Source: Deltaproteobacteria bacterium (GTDB lineage Bacteria; JAGRBM01; JAHCIT01). Taken from it: 64,000 bases of DNA. Shown here piece after piece: positions 28,995 through 39,325 of this stretch. Position numbers and translations under genes: made by a program. The stretch covers positions 62,001-126,000 of the forward strand of contig JAHCIT010000009.1 in the NCBI GenBank assembly GCA_026129095.1. The letters are read 5' to 3'. The notes below the pieces were generated by a model. The model was given only the letters and a program-made list of their open reading frames with translations, ran no database searches and was not told the origin of the DNA. Within the stretch, counting starts at the first letter, position 1. Each line of letters opens with the position of its first letter.

Positions 28995-31900
28995 ATGCGA
29001 ATTACTCAATCTGATCTGTTCAAGGGCTGGCTGCGGCGGCAGCTGCTGCCCGGCGCTGCAATGCTGTTTATTTTTCCGTTGATCTGGAGTGCAGGCTGCG
29101 ACAGCAAGGGCAGCGGGCTCCCGCCGGGCCTGTGCCAGCGTGACCCAGACTCCTGCAATGAACCCCCGCCGCCGCCGCCATCGACATCCCCGCTGACTGC
29201 GGAAATCCTGAACCCGCACCTGTCGCTGATCCAGAACAACACCGGCGTTGCCGTGCGGTTCAGCCGGAGCGTCAATCCGGACACCCTCGCTACCAACATC
29301 AGTATTTCGCCGCTTTCTGGCGGAGTCCCCGGCCCTGCGCTGACGGTCGAACTGGACACGGACATCTTCACCGAATCAAGCGGGACCATCGCCCTCTACC
29401 GGGGAACCGGTGGAGTATGGGGGTTCGACGGGGAACAACTGGTCCGTTTTTCAGTCACCCAAGGGGTCCGGGCCGCAGGCGATGGCCGTTCGCTGGAAGC
29501 TGCCGTTTCGGCCGACCTCAGCATTACCACCACGAACGACACGTCGGTCTCGGTACCGACCGGTATCCAGATCGACGGCAAGGCCATCGCAACGAACAAC
29601 CCCCTGTACACGAACAACCTGACCCCCTCCTACTCCCTGCTGCTGGGCGAGCCGGTCCTGTTCCGCGTCATTGGCAGCGGCGATGATCCGATCTGCATGA
29701 ACCAGAGCGCAACCATTGCCCTGACCGGTATCTCGGTGACCGGAACTTTCCCCGGACTCCTGTTCGATCCCGCCACCGAAATAGAATGCGACCTGACGCT
29801 CCGGTTCTGGGATCTCGCCGGGAATACGGCCGACATCGGTCTCACCTACGTGTTTGACGACGTTGCGCCCCTGGCGCCGACGGTCGACCCGACCGATGTT
29901 TATCCGGGGAACTTCACCGCCGATGCCTCCGTCATCCTGGAAGTTTCCTTCACCGCAGACAGCACCCTCGACTTCGTCCGGGTGACTGGCGGTTCGGCGC
30001 TCACCACCCAGACGATCGATTCCAATCCGGAGCTGGTTACAGTCCCGCTCAACGTGGGGGGCAATTCCCTCTCGGTCCGGCTGGTGGACAAGGCCGGAAA
30101 CCAGGGCGCAACAACTGCCCTGACGGTTACCCGCGACAATACGCCGCCAGTCGTCACGAACTTTGCGCTGACCAGCCAGGGAACAGTCAAGCGAACGCTC
30201 TCCAACCTCGCGCAAACGAGTATCAATGGAACGTCCTTGGGAGCCGGTACGGTCCCGGTCCGCCTGACCATGGCGCTGGATGAACCCGCGACGGTTACGG
30301 TTTACGACACTGATGATCCGGACAACCCCTTGGCCGAGGACAGCTTTGCTACCGGGAACATCATTCCGCTGGACTTCACCCTCCCAGCCAACGACACGAT
30401 GACGATTCGCGTCCGGTCCACCAACATTGTTGGGCTCTCGACCTTGAGCGCCGAATATGCCGTCCGGACAGATACCGTCATCTCACCCAACCTTTCGGTC
30501 ACCGGTGCGGACACCCCCGGACACGCAATCTACCAGGTTCCGGACACTCCCGCTTTCCGCTCGGCGGGGACCGATTTCGAACTCGAAGGCGTGGTTGAGC
30601 GCGGGAGTACGGTGGTTTTCCGGACAAGCGGGATTCCACATTCCGTCCTGGCCGATCCAGATGACGATCTGTTTCCGCCTGCTGCCGGGCCAAAAGCCGT
30701 CGTCCAGATTGCCCCGGATTCACAGGCAACAATACTCGGCGGCCTCACCGACCCGGCCGGGAACTCCCTGACCCTCGACCCAGATCCTGTGGCTCTCCTG
30801 ATCAACGACCAGACACCCCCCGATCCGCCGGATTTTGCAGGGGCCTCGGCGGACGCTGGATGCACTGTCAGCAGCTTCGATCTTGGCGACGGCCTCCATC
30901 TGGTCAAGCTCATTGGAGACATCGCCGACTGCGCCTCGATCGAACTGAACGGCACGGTCGAATATGACCTGCCTTTCCCCACAACCGGCGGCGCTACCTA
31001 TATCCGCGGCACCCTTGGCGGCGATACGTTTGAGCTTCCCGACCCGGTCTGGTCGCCCGATATCCTCGATGAGGGCCCCTGGGAATTCGACCTGCCGGTT
31101 GATGGGCTCCAGGCGAATTCGATCCGTGAACTTCACCTGACCGCCTATGACCGTGTGGGCAACGAGAGCGATCCTGTTCGTGTAATCCTGATGACGCTGG
31201 ATGACCCCGATGCGGGGCTGGAACCGGTCATCCTGAGCGTCATGAACGATTCGACCGGCGGCCGCCCGGACATGGTGCTCGGGCTGGAATACGCGGAAGG
31301 CCCCGTTTACACGGCCACGCCGACAAATGCCGGTGCGGTCATTGTCACCGGCCTGACGACGCCGGGTGCCCTTCTCGACATCTTCGAGGGGACTCCGCCG
31401 CCGGCAGGAACCTCCCTGTTCGATGATGCCGCACTGCCGCTGCCCGAAGCCGATCCTGTGACCGGACTGTTCAGCTTCACGATCCTGCCGGCCGGAGCAT
31501 TCGCCGCCCAGACGACCTTCCCGGCCGAGGAGTTCGCCTTCACCATCCGCAGCACGAGCCCCGACGCAACCGATACCGACATCGAACTGCATATCGTCCG
31601 TGACGAGCAGACCCCTGCCGCCGATCCCGTCAACTGCCTTGCTGATGTAACGGCGGCCTCACCGGAGGGAGGTGTCCTCGTTTCCACGGTGCTCGTGCTC
31701 GGTGCATGCCGCGCCCAGTATCACCGGACCGAACTGGTGGTGGAGAACCTGGGACCGGGCAATCCCGCCTGTCCGGCAGCCAGTGGCGGCAGCCCCGTTT
31801 CCGCCCCACTGGCCGAGACAGGTTCCAGCCTGGTCAAGGTGGAGGCGGTCACTGGCGACACTCTGATGATCTACTTCCGCGACGAGGCCGGGAATGAAAC

Positions 31901-33107
31901 CCTGACCGGCAACCGTGCCTGTGCTATCGTGCCGCCGAACCGTGTTGTGGCCGTGCGTCTCGAAACAGGCGGCTCCGAGACTGATCCCGCATTTTACATG
32001 ATTGATCTCGACGCAGCCGATCCGGAACTGGTCCCCCTGGAAATGTCGCCGATAGACGCCCTCCCCGCGGCCGAGGGCCCCATCGGCTTCTTCGGGGCGG
32101 GATTTCTTATCGACATGGGCCGCGCCGATGAGGAAAATCTCTTTCTCCAGAGCTTCAGCATCGGATACCTGCCCGTACCCGGCGCCACACTCGCCGATTC
32201 GGCCGTGTTCCCCTTCCAGTTCATCGCCGGCGACGTACGCCGGGATGCCGATGGCGCCGCCTTGCTCGCCCCGTTCCTCAACACCGACGGAAGCGGACCG
32301 GCCCAGATACTGCTGGCCGAGATCGATCCCGGAAACGGCCAGTTCCTGTCGGGAGAAATTATCGAGTTTCCCGGCACACTCACCGCATCCCTTCGTTTCC
32401 CGCTGGATATCCGCCTCCTGCCCACGGCAGAGGGCAAGCCACGCCGGGCGGTGGTCCTGCGATACCGCCTCGGACTGGAAGACCTGCCCGGTGATCTTCT
32501 GTTGTTCAATCTCGATGCGAAAACGTCGGTCTTCCCGGCAGAGCCCTTCGTCAGTACTGAAAACGGATCAAAGGTGGGTTACCAGACCTGCCGCTCGCCA
32601 TCGCAGGTAACTGCCGCACCTGATGGGCTGAGGGGATATGTGGTCTGCAATACCAGCACGCCGGAAAACGACGAAACCATCAGAACCCTGACCGTCATCG
32701 ACATGGAACCCGTGACACCGGTTCAGGGGCACGCGACAAGCCACGAGCTCGAATACGATTTCGGAGACGGCCCTGAGGTGATTACGAACCTGCGGGGCAT
32801 TGCTCCGGTTCCGGACTCGACCTCTGCGGTACTGCTCGATGCAGCCGGTATCCTGTATCTGGTGGAGAACCTGCATCCGGGGCCGCTAGCCGTTGTTGAT
32901 GCCGTTTTTGTGGATGGCCACTCCTACAGCACCGTTCACGTCACCAGTGACGGCACGCGGGTCATCGCCAGCGACGGGAATATGATTGACGTATTCACTC
33001 TGGTCGGCAGCGAGTTCCTGCGCGACGGAGACGACCTCCCTGTGGCCAGCAGCTATCCCTCACCTGAACCGGGCGCCCCGCTTGGCTCCATCGCACCTGT
33101 GCCGTGA
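28995..33107 (+). CDS. Large surface lipoprotein with tandem bacterial Ig-like domains and a probable C-terminal beta-propeller
   Basis: Lipobox WSAGC; repeated D-x-A/V-GN motifs (DLAGN, DKAGN, DPAGN, DRVGN, DEAGN); acidic and Thr-rich. Confidence 0.75.
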   Translation: MRITQSDLFKGWLRRQLLPGAAMLFIFPLIWSAGCDSKGSGLPPGLCQRDPDSCNEPPPPPPSTSPLTAEILNPHLSLIQNNTGVAVRFSRSVNPDTLATNISISPLSGGVPGPALTVELDTDIFTESSGTIALYRGTGGVWGFDGEQLVRFSVTQGVRAAGDGRSLEAAVSADLSITTTNDTSVSVPTGIQIDGKAIATNNPLYTNNLTPSYSLLLGEPVLFRVIGSGDDPICMNQSATIALTGISVTGTFPGLLFDPATEIECDLTLRFWDLAGNTADIGLTYVFDDVAPLAPTVDPTDVYPGNFTADASVILEVSFTADSTLDFVRVTGGSALTTQTIDSNPELVTVPLNVGGNSLSVRLVDKAGNQGATTALTVTRDNTPPVVTNFALTSQGTVKRTLSNLAQTSINGTSLGAGTVPVRLTMALDEPATVTVYDTDDPDNPLAEDSFATGNIIPLDFTLPANDTMTIRVRSTNIVGLSTLSAEYAVRTDTVISPNLSVTGADTPGHAIYQVPDTPAFRSAGTDFELEGVVERGSTVVFRTSGIPHSVLADPDDDLFPPAAGPKAVVQIAPDSQATILGGLTDPAGNSLTLDPDPVALLINDQTPPDPPDFAGASADAGCTVSSFDLGDGLHLVKLIGDIADCASIELNGTVEYDLPFPTTGGATYIRGTLGGDTFELPDPVWSPDILDEGPWEFDLPVDGLQANSIRELHLTAYDRVGNESDPVRVILMTLDDPDAGLEPVILSVMNDSTGGRPDMVLGLEYAEGPVYTATPTNAGAVIVTGLTTPGALLDIFEGTPPPAGTSLFDDAALPLPEADPVTGLFSFTILPAGAFAAQTTFPAEEFAFTIRSTSPDATDTDIELHIVRDEQTPAADPVNCLADVTAASPEGGVLVSTVLVLGACRAQYHRTELVVENLGPGNPACPAASGGSPVSAPLAETGSSLVKVEAVTGDTLMIYFRDEAGNETLTGNRACAIVPPNRVVAVRLETGGSETDPAFYMIDLDAADPELVPLEMSPIDALPAAEGPIGFFGAGFLIDMGRADEENLFLQSFSIGYLPVPGATLADSAVFPFQFIAGDVRRDADGAALLAPFLNTDGSGPAQILLAEIDPGNGQFLSGEIIEFPGTLTASLRFPLDIRLLPTAEGKPRRAVVLRYRLGLEDLPGDLLLFNLDAKTSVFPAEPFVSTENGSKVGYQTCRSPSQVTAAPDGLRGYVVCNTSTPENDETIRTLTVIDMEPVTPVQGHATSHELEYDFGDGPEVITNLRGIAPVPDSTSAVLLDAAGILYLVENLHPGPLAVVDAVFVDGHSYSTVHVTSDGTRVIASDGNMIDVFTLVGSEFLRDGDDLPVASSYPSPEPGAPLGSIAPVP

Positions 33108-34246
33108 CCGCCATGACTGCGCGTCCGTTCGGCGTGAACGCGCTGTTCCTCAAACCGGGCCTCGTAGGCGGGACTGAGGTCCACCTTCGGGAGCTATTGC
33201 CCAGGCTGACCGCCCTGACACCGGGACGCACCTGGAACGTATATACAGGCAGCGAAGTGTCCGGTTTTTTTGCCAGTATGCCCGGAGTCACTGTCCGGCC
33301 GCTTCCCGTCCAGGCCGCACACCGGGTACGGCGGACGCTCGCCGAGCAAACCCTGCTGCCGCTGATGCTTCGCCGGGACGGGAACGCAGCGCTCCTCAAT
33401 CTGGGCGGAACGGCGCTGGCCGCGGCCCCCTGCACTCAGGTGACGTTCATCCACGACCTGCAGTACCACTACCTGCCAACGAATTTTACCACCCCGGAGC
33501 GCGTGGCACTTGCAGTTACTGCCAAACTGGCCGTCCGGAGATCAGCGAAGCTGATCGTGCCATCGGAAGAAACCCGCCGGACGATTTGCGAGACATTCCA
33601 GGCCGAACCCGATCACATCCGGGTGGTACCCCATGGCACAGGGCCAGAGTTTCATCCCCGGCAGAAGGATACTGACGCATCGGATGCCCTGACACTGGAT
33701 GAACTGGGCATCAGACGGCCGTATATCCTGTCAGTAGCCGCTGCCCGTCCTCACAAGCATCTGGATATCGTCTGCGATGCGTTTCTCGCCAGCGGCCTGG
33801 ACCGGACGCATACGCTTGTCATGACCGGCGCGCCGGGCCCTGCGCTGGAAACGCTTCGCCTTCATCCGGCATTCCGCACCGGAACGGCCCGCTGGCTCGG
33901 CTGGCTCCCGGAACGGGCTATGCCGGTTCTCATGCGTCAGGCGGAGTTTCTGGCGATTGCATCCGGATTCGAGGGATTCTGCCTGCCGGCACTGGAAGCC
34001 GCCGCCAGCGGGATACCGGTTGCTGCCGTTCGCACGCCACCGCTTCCAGAGACCCTGGGCTCCGCTGCCCGGTGGGTACGGCCGGGCGATGCGACCGCAC
34101 TGGCTGGCGCATTCCGGGAGATTGCCACCGATGCCGGGGTTCGCGGCGAGCTGGCGCAGGCAGGGATCCTCGCCGCCAGACGGTTCTCGTGGGAAATGTC
34201 GGCGAAACAAACGCTCGATATCCTTCTGGAGGCCGCCGGATCGTGA
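33104..34246 (+). CDS. GT4-family glycosyltransferase
   Basis: FIHDL, EGFCLPALEAAASGIP, FSW. Confidence 0.9.
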   Translation: MTAMTARPFGVNALFLKPGLVGGTEVHLRELLPRLTALTPGRTWNVYTGSEVSGFFASMPGVTVRPLPVQAAHRVRRTLAEQTLLPLMLRRDGNAALLNLGGTALAAAPCTQVTFIHDLQYHYLPTNFTTPERVALAVTAKLAVRRSAKLIVPSEETRRTICETFQAEPDHIRVVPHGTGPEFHPRQKDTDASDALTLDELGIRRPYILSVAAARPHKHLDIVCDAFLASGLDRTHTLVMTGAPGPALETLRLHPAFRTGTARWLGWLPERAMPVLMRQAEFLAIASGFEGFCLPALEAAASGIPVAAVRTPPLPETLGSAARWVRPGDATALAGAFREIATDAGVRGELAQAGILAARRFSWEMSAKQTLDILLEAAGS

Positions 34247-35169
34247 ACACGGTCTTTGCCGATACGCTTCATTTCTCGGCGCAGTCCGGCGGTCCCGCCC
34301 GCGTGACGGCTGGCCTGCTTTCGGCCCTCCGGGATTCCGGCATACGCGTCGCGACATGGGGCCCATCCCTGCCCGCTCCAAACCGGTTGAAACTGGCCGC
34401 CGGACTGGCACGGCGGATACTCCTGCCTGCACCCGCCATGCCGCAGGATTCGCTCTATATCGCAGGCGAGATCTGGCCCGTTGCGACGAAAGCCCGCAAG
34501 ACCGCGATCATCATCCACGATACCTTCGCGCTGGTTCGGCCAGAATCGGCAAAATCCCTTGAGCGAGGAAACCAGCGACGACGTATTGAATGGGCCGCAC
34601 GGTTTGCCGGTCTGGTCATCGTTCCGAGTGCCGAAGTCAGGCGCAGCCTGGCGGAACTCGCCCCCGGTCTCAAAGAACGCATCCACGTCATTCCATGGGG
34701 TATAGGCAACGAATTTCTCTCACACGCTCCGGAACCACCGGATACCGAATCACCCTATGTGGTGGCGGCCGGGGACCGGACTCCCCGAAAGGCGACCCCT
34801 GAGCTTCTCGCATGGCACCGAAGTGAATCCGGCCTGCCGAGGCTTGTTACGACTGGCCGGTTCAGCCCTGACGCGCTTGTTTCCCTCATGGCCCGCGCTT
34901 CCGCATTCATTTCATTCAGCCATGACGAAGGGTACGGGCTTGCCATCGCCGAAGCAGCGTCGCTTGGGATACCGGTAGCAGCCAGGCGATTCCCCGGCTG
35001 CGAGGCCCGGTTCCCCGGTGGAGTCTTCTGGTTCGACCGCGCTGACGGGGCGCGTACCGCACTGGATGCAGCCCTGAAGGCACCACGCATAAAACCTGCA
35101 TGGGTAACTGCCCGCACCTGGGCGGCGGCCGCCCGGCAGTTCATTAAGGCAGCCTGGACCGCATCCTGA
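34243..35169 (+). CDS. GT4-family glycosyltransferase
   Basis: IIHD, EGYGLAIAEAASLGIP; GTG start overlaps the previous stop. Confidence 0.85.
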   Translation: MNTVFADTLHFSAQSGGPARVTAGLLSALRDSGIRVATWGPSLPAPNRLKLAAGLARRILLPAPAMPQDSLYIAGEIWPVATKARKTAIIIHDTFALVRPESAKSLERGNQRRRIEWAARFAGLVIVPSAEVRRSLAELAPGLKERIHVIPWGIGNEFLSHAPEPPDTESPYVVAAGDRTPRKATPELLAWHRSESGLPRLVTTGRFSPDALVSLMARASAFISFSHDEGYGLAIAEAASLGIPVAARRFPGCEARFPGGVFWFDRADGARTALDAALKAPRIKPAWVTARTWAAAARQFIKAAWTAS

Positions 35170-35255
35170 AAAGCTCCGCCTCTTGAACCGCTCCTGCCGC
35201 TGATACATGGTCCGCCCGCCGGTAATCCGCCAGAAAGCGGCCCGGTTCCCACCTG

Positions 35256-36206
35256 ATGGAACATCCCCTGCTCCGCTTTGCCGTGTTCGAACTGACGATC
35301 CTGCTTCCGCTGGTGGCCGGCTACGTCTGGCGGCGTCGCATGGCCCCCGGACCAGACCTGGCCCGGCGGGTGTTCTGGATCTCGCTGATCGGCTTCGAGA
35401 CGCCGATCTACATGGCCCTCGGCTGGGGCATGAAGTTCCAGCCGGGCCACCTGAAGCTGCCACTCATCGGACTGGTCATTTCCGTTGCCGGACTTCTGGC
35501 CCTCTATATGCTCGGCCGCCGCTGGGGATACGACCGGCCTTCCCTGGGAACGCTTGCCGCCACCGGGGCGCTCTCAAACCAGGGATATTTTCTCGGCGGG
35601 TACCTTTGCTTCCTGCTGGCGGGTGAGACGGGGCTTGCGCTCTCCGTCGTGTTCATCCTGTACTGGAACGTCACGGTCTATGGCCTCCTGTTTCCCATCG
35701 CCCGCTGGGCCAGCGGAGAATCGGAACACCTGTCATTTGCACCGGTCAGTGCCGTCTGGCAGCTTGTAACTGATCTGAGGGCCATACCGCTCCCGGGGTT
35801 TTTGCTCGGACTCCTGCTGAACCGGCTGGATGTGGCCCGGCCGGAGGCGGTCGCGGTTTACCTGCAGGCCGCACCGCCACTCTCAATTCTTGTGGTCCTG
35901 TTTGGAGTTGGCCTCAGCATCGAGGCGAGCGAGCTCCGCGCCCACGGCCGGATGGTCTGGGCGGCATCGGCGACGAAGTTCATCTTGATGCCGTCTATCG
36001 CCGTGGCGATGGCTTTCGGAATGGGCCTGGAGGAGAACGACCTGCTGGTCGTCGTTATCGAATCGGCCTGCCCGGCAGCGATCTTCTCGGTGGTGATTTC
36101 GACACTTTTCAACCTGAACCCCCGGCTCGCAGCCGCCTTGCTCGTCTGGACCACCGCGATATTCCTCGTGGCCGTCTGCCCGGTCCTCGTTCTCGTTTTT
36201 GGATAG
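35256..36206 (+). CDS. AEC-family (auxin efflux carrier-like) transporter
   Basis: About 10 TM segments, SNQGYFLG, KFILMP, ESACPAA. Confidence 0.85.
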   Translation: MEHPLLRFAVFELTILLPLVAGYVWRRRMAPGPDLARRVFWISLIGFETPIYMALGWGMKFQPGHLKLPLIGLVISVAGLLALYMLGRRWGYDRPSLGTLAATGALSNQGYFLGGYLCFLLAGETGLALSVVFILYWNVTVYGLLFPIARWASGESEHLSFAPVSAVWQLVTDLRAIPLPGFLLGLLLNRLDVARPEAVAVYLQAAPPLSILVVLFGVGLSIEASELRAHGRMVWAASATKFILMPSIAVAMAFGMGLEENDLLVVVIESACPAAIFSVVISTLFNLNPRLAAALLVWTTAIFLVAVCPVLVLVFG

Positions 36207-36281
36207 TGGCGAAACCCGTACCATCCCACTTGAAGCCCGGTGGCCGGACGCTTATTGCTCCCGTTCCGGAGGTTTTCCCCA

Positions 36282-37184
36282 GTGGATGAACTGATCTATT
36301 CGGTCATAAGGCGGCCCTATGTATTTGTCTTCTTCACCGTCTACCTGATCGCCGCCATCACCCATATCGGCCTGAACCGTACGCTGGTCTGGACCGCCGT
36401 GGGCTGGGTAATCGCCTTCGCCTGCGAGGCGAGTTCCATCCGCAACGGTTTCCCCTTTGGCCTCTACCACTACAAGGAACAAAATCTCCAGGGAGAACTG
36501 CTGATCGCGGGAGTGCCTTTCTGGGACAGCCTCTCGTTCACGTTCCTGTCGTATTTCTCATGGACGACGGCGATGCTCTTCTGGGCTCCCCTGCACCGGA
36601 GCCGGACGGACTTCCAGCGACTGGAAACCCCCGAACTCCGCCGCTCCCCGCGGGTGCTGATCCTCGCGGCGTTCCTGATGATGATGATCGATGTGATCAT
36701 TGATCCGCTGACCCATCAGGGCGACAAGTGGTTTCTGGGCGATATCTACTACTACCCGAATGGCGGCGAACATTTCGATGTACCTATCACGAATTACATG
36801 GGCTGGGTTTTTGTCGGCATCTCGACACTAACGGCCTACACACTGATCGAGCGGTACGCGATGCCAGCAGCAAAGGGCAATGAGACCGGCATCCGGTGGC
36901 TGCCTTTTGGCGGGCTGCTGGGCCCGCTTGTCTTCGTCGGTGTCATCGGTTTCGGCCTCACGATCACCCTGATGATCGGCGATCTGACCCTGTTCTGGGC
37001 GAGCGCCTTCATCTGGATCACCCCCATCTGGCTCTACCTGATCCGGGCCACGCGGCCCGAGTCGGCCGCCGCCCGCGCCGATGTGGCCGCCTTCATCGAC
37101 GCCTGGCCTGAGTCGCCCATCGTCAGGCGGTGTTACCCGGACGGGCCTTATTCAGGAACACACGGCTCGAAACCGGCACAGTAA
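36282..37184 (+). CDS. Carotenoid biosynthesis protein family (CruF/DUF422-like) membrane protein
   Basis: EASSIRNGFPFGLYHY, GVP, DVIIDP, VPITNYMGW; GGAGG RBS before the GTG. Confidence 0.8.
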   Translation: MDELIYSVIRRPYVFVFFTVYLIAAITHIGLNRTLVWTAVGWVIAFACEASSIRNGFPFGLYHYKEQNLQGELLIAGVPFWDSLSFTFLSYFSWTTAMLFWAPLHRSRTDFQRLETPELRRSPRVLILAAFLMMMIDVIIDPLTHQGDKWFLGDIYYYPNGGEHFDVPITNYMGWVFVGISTLTAYTLIERYAMPAAKGNETGIRWLPFGGLLGPLVFVGVIGFGLTITLMIGDLTLFWASAFIWITPIWLYLIRATRPESAAARADVAAFIDAWPESPIVRRCYPDGPYSGTHGSKPAQ

Positions 37185-37204
37185 GAAGCTATACTTTTCG
37201 CACA

Positions 37205-38740
37205 ATGGACCGTTTTAACCAGCGGTGGGCGCTGCCTGTTCTGGCCATCTGCCTGTCAACCCTTCCGGGCTGTCCCGCGTCCGCCCCGCCCCACTCTCCT
37301 TCCGCAACCCTGCCGGCCGGATCCCGGCCGCTGATCATCGACATGACCGGAAACGTGGGCGGCACTGTCGAGCCCTGCGGATGCACGCAGGGAGAACTGG
37401 GTGGACTGGCACGCCGGGCCCTCATTATCAGCGAAGCCCGCCAGCGGTTCGCCGATCACTACCTGTTCGTTGACTACGGGAACCTGCTCTATCCCGCCAC
37501 ACCGGCAACCGACCTGGAACGCCCCCAGCGGCGGCTCCGGGCGGCGACTCTTGCCAATGCAACCTCGCGAATGCGCATAGACGCCTTCAACCTGTCGGTC
37601 CCCGATCTGGAAGGTGGCGCATCCGAGGCCCTTTCCATCATCCGGGCGGCTGGCCTGCCAGTCCTGTCCGCCAACGTCGTGGGCGACGATGGCCGTCCAG
37701 TGGTACCATCGCATGTCACCGTGACGAGAGCCGGGCTGAGGATCGCCATCACAGGCATCGCCGAAACCGGTGACGCGCAGGTGTCTCCGCCCGCCGGGTT
37801 CCGTATCATCCCGCCGGCCGACGCACTCAGGGAACTCCTGCCGCGTCTCCGAAAAGAGCATGATTTCGTACTGGTGCTGTCCCACGCCCGGCACCTCACC
37901 CACGAACGGATCGGCCAGGAACTCGGCCCGCTGCTGCTCCTCGGCTCGCAGTTCGACCAGATGGGTTTCCCCGAACCGCTGGATGGCGGATCGGTAAATG
38001 CTGCCGCCACCACGCTGGGCCGTCACGTCGCACGGCTGAATGTCGATATTGCCGCAGCGGGTTCGCCCTTCGCGCCTGTCTCCCCAAAAGGAAGCGAGGC
38101 CGCGGGTGGCAAGGCCCTCCAGCGCGCAAATCACTACCGGCTGGAACTGATCCCTGTCTCCCGCATGACGGGCGAGGACCCGGAGACACGCCGGCTCATT
38201 GACGACATGAAAAAACGGATGGTTTCCGAATCGATCGAAACCTTCGGCCGGCGGGCAGCGCTTGCCGCCTCCCGGGAGCGGCCTGTCTACGCCGGCGCAC
38301 AGAGCTGCCAGAAGTGCCACCAGATGCAGTACGACTGGTGGCAGCAGCACGCCCACTCAAAGGCTTACGCAACGCTCGAACAGATGAACAGCCACACCGA
38401 CATGACCTGCATCGGTTGCCACTCGACCGGATACAACCAGCCGGGAGGCTACGACGGTGGCGTCGTTCCGGCCTTCTTTGCCGGTGTCCAGTGCGAGGCG
38501 TGCCATGGCGTTGCCGCAGCCCATGTCAGGGACGTGCTCGCCTACAAACCCGGTAAGCTGGTCGCGAAGGAAACCTGTCTTGCCTGTCACGGCAAGTTCC
38601 ACGAGCAGAAAGAGTTCAACTACGAAAAGATGCTCGGACTGGCCAGTTGTCCGTCAGCCCGCCCCCGCGATCCTCACGCGCCGCCGCCGGAAAGGGAACC
38701 GGACACGGGCGGAGATGCCACGGAAGAAAAGGGATACTGA
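37205..38740 (+). CDS. Lipoprotein: 5'-nucleotidase/metallophosphatase-like domain fused to a tetraheme cytochrome c (c554-like)
   Basis: Lipobox LPGC; GTVEPCGC..GGLARRA..VDYGNL..LSAN; four CxxCH motifs (CQKCH, CIGCH, CEACH, CLACH). Confidence 0.8.
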   Translation: MDRFNQRWALPVLAICLSTLPGCPASAPPHSPSATLPAGSRPLIIDMTGNVGGTVEPCGCTQGELGGLARRALIISEARQRFADHYLFVDYGNLLYPATPATDLERPQRRLRAATLANATSRMRIDAFNLSVPDLEGGASEALSIIRAAGLPVLSANVVGDDGRPVVPSHVTVTRAGLRIAITGIAETGDAQVSPPAGFRIIPPADALRELLPRLRKEHDFVLVLSHARHLTHERIGQELGPLLLLGSQFDQMGFPEPLDGGSVNAAATTLGRHVARLNVDIAAAGSPFAPVSPKGSEAAGGKALQRANHYRLELIPVSRMTGEDPETRRLIDDMKKRMVSESIETFGRRAALAASRERPVYAGAQSCQKCHQMQYDWWQQHAHSKAYATLEQMNSHTDMTCIGCHSTGYNQPGGYDGGVVPAFFAGVQCEACHGVAAAHVRDVLAYKPGKLVAKETCLACHGKFHEQKEFNYEKMLGLASCPSARPRDPHAPPPEREPDTGGDATEEKGY

Positions 38741-38743
38741 AAC

Positions 38744-39319
38744 TCACCTGAGCCACGCCGGATCCCCGCCCTGGTCCCGGATCTCCCTTGGAAGGAGGTC
38801 CAGATCGGCGCGGGCGCGGGTCAGTTCTCCACACTGGCGGTCCGCTTCGGCAGCAGCGGCGGCCTTCCGTGCGTTGTCGGTGGTTTCGGCATTCAGACGG
38901 GTCCAGTAGCTGCAGCCATTCTCCAGATTACCTATCTTCTCCTGAAGCATTTTCTTGCGCCGTTGCCAGAATTCGCGCCCCGACATCACGGGTCCACGGG
39001 CGGCGGGGCCGGCCGGGCCAACGTCCAGTTCAATCCGCATGGAACGGGGCGGCTGCACCTGCGGATTTTCCGGTGGCACTGGCGGGGATTCGGACTTTCG
39101 GGGCGACTGGATCTCATCGCCGATCTGGAGCGATGGCACCCTGACCGTTGGTGAATGGGTAGCCGCCTTTTTCCGGTAACGCGGAGGGATTTTTTCTTCA
39201 GAATCGACGAAATGAACGGTCCCGGTCTCGTCGGTGTATTTGTACATCGCGGCCGGAGAAATGCTGGCAGCCAGAAGCACAAGGGCAGCGCCGGCGCACC
39301 ACACTCTCGCCGCGCCCAT
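38744..39319 (-). CDS. DUF4124-domain exported protein
   Basis: Signal peptide then MYKYTDETGTVHFVDS..IPPRYR; ends PAWLR. Confidence 0.8.
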   Translation of the reverse strand: MGAARVWCAGAALVLLAASISPAAMYKYTDETGTVHFVDSEEKIPPRYRKKAATHSPTVRVPSLQIGDEIQSPRKSESPPVPPENPQVQPPRSMRIELDVGPAGPAARGPVMSGREFWQRRKKMLQEKIGNLENGCSYWTRLNAETTDNARKAAAAAEADRQCGELTRARADLDLLPREIRDQGGDPAWLR

Positions 39320-39325
39320 CCTGAC

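Noticed and set aside
37370-37390. Selenocysteine in the EPCGC motif
   Set aside because: Both codons are TGC; there is no in-frame TGA.
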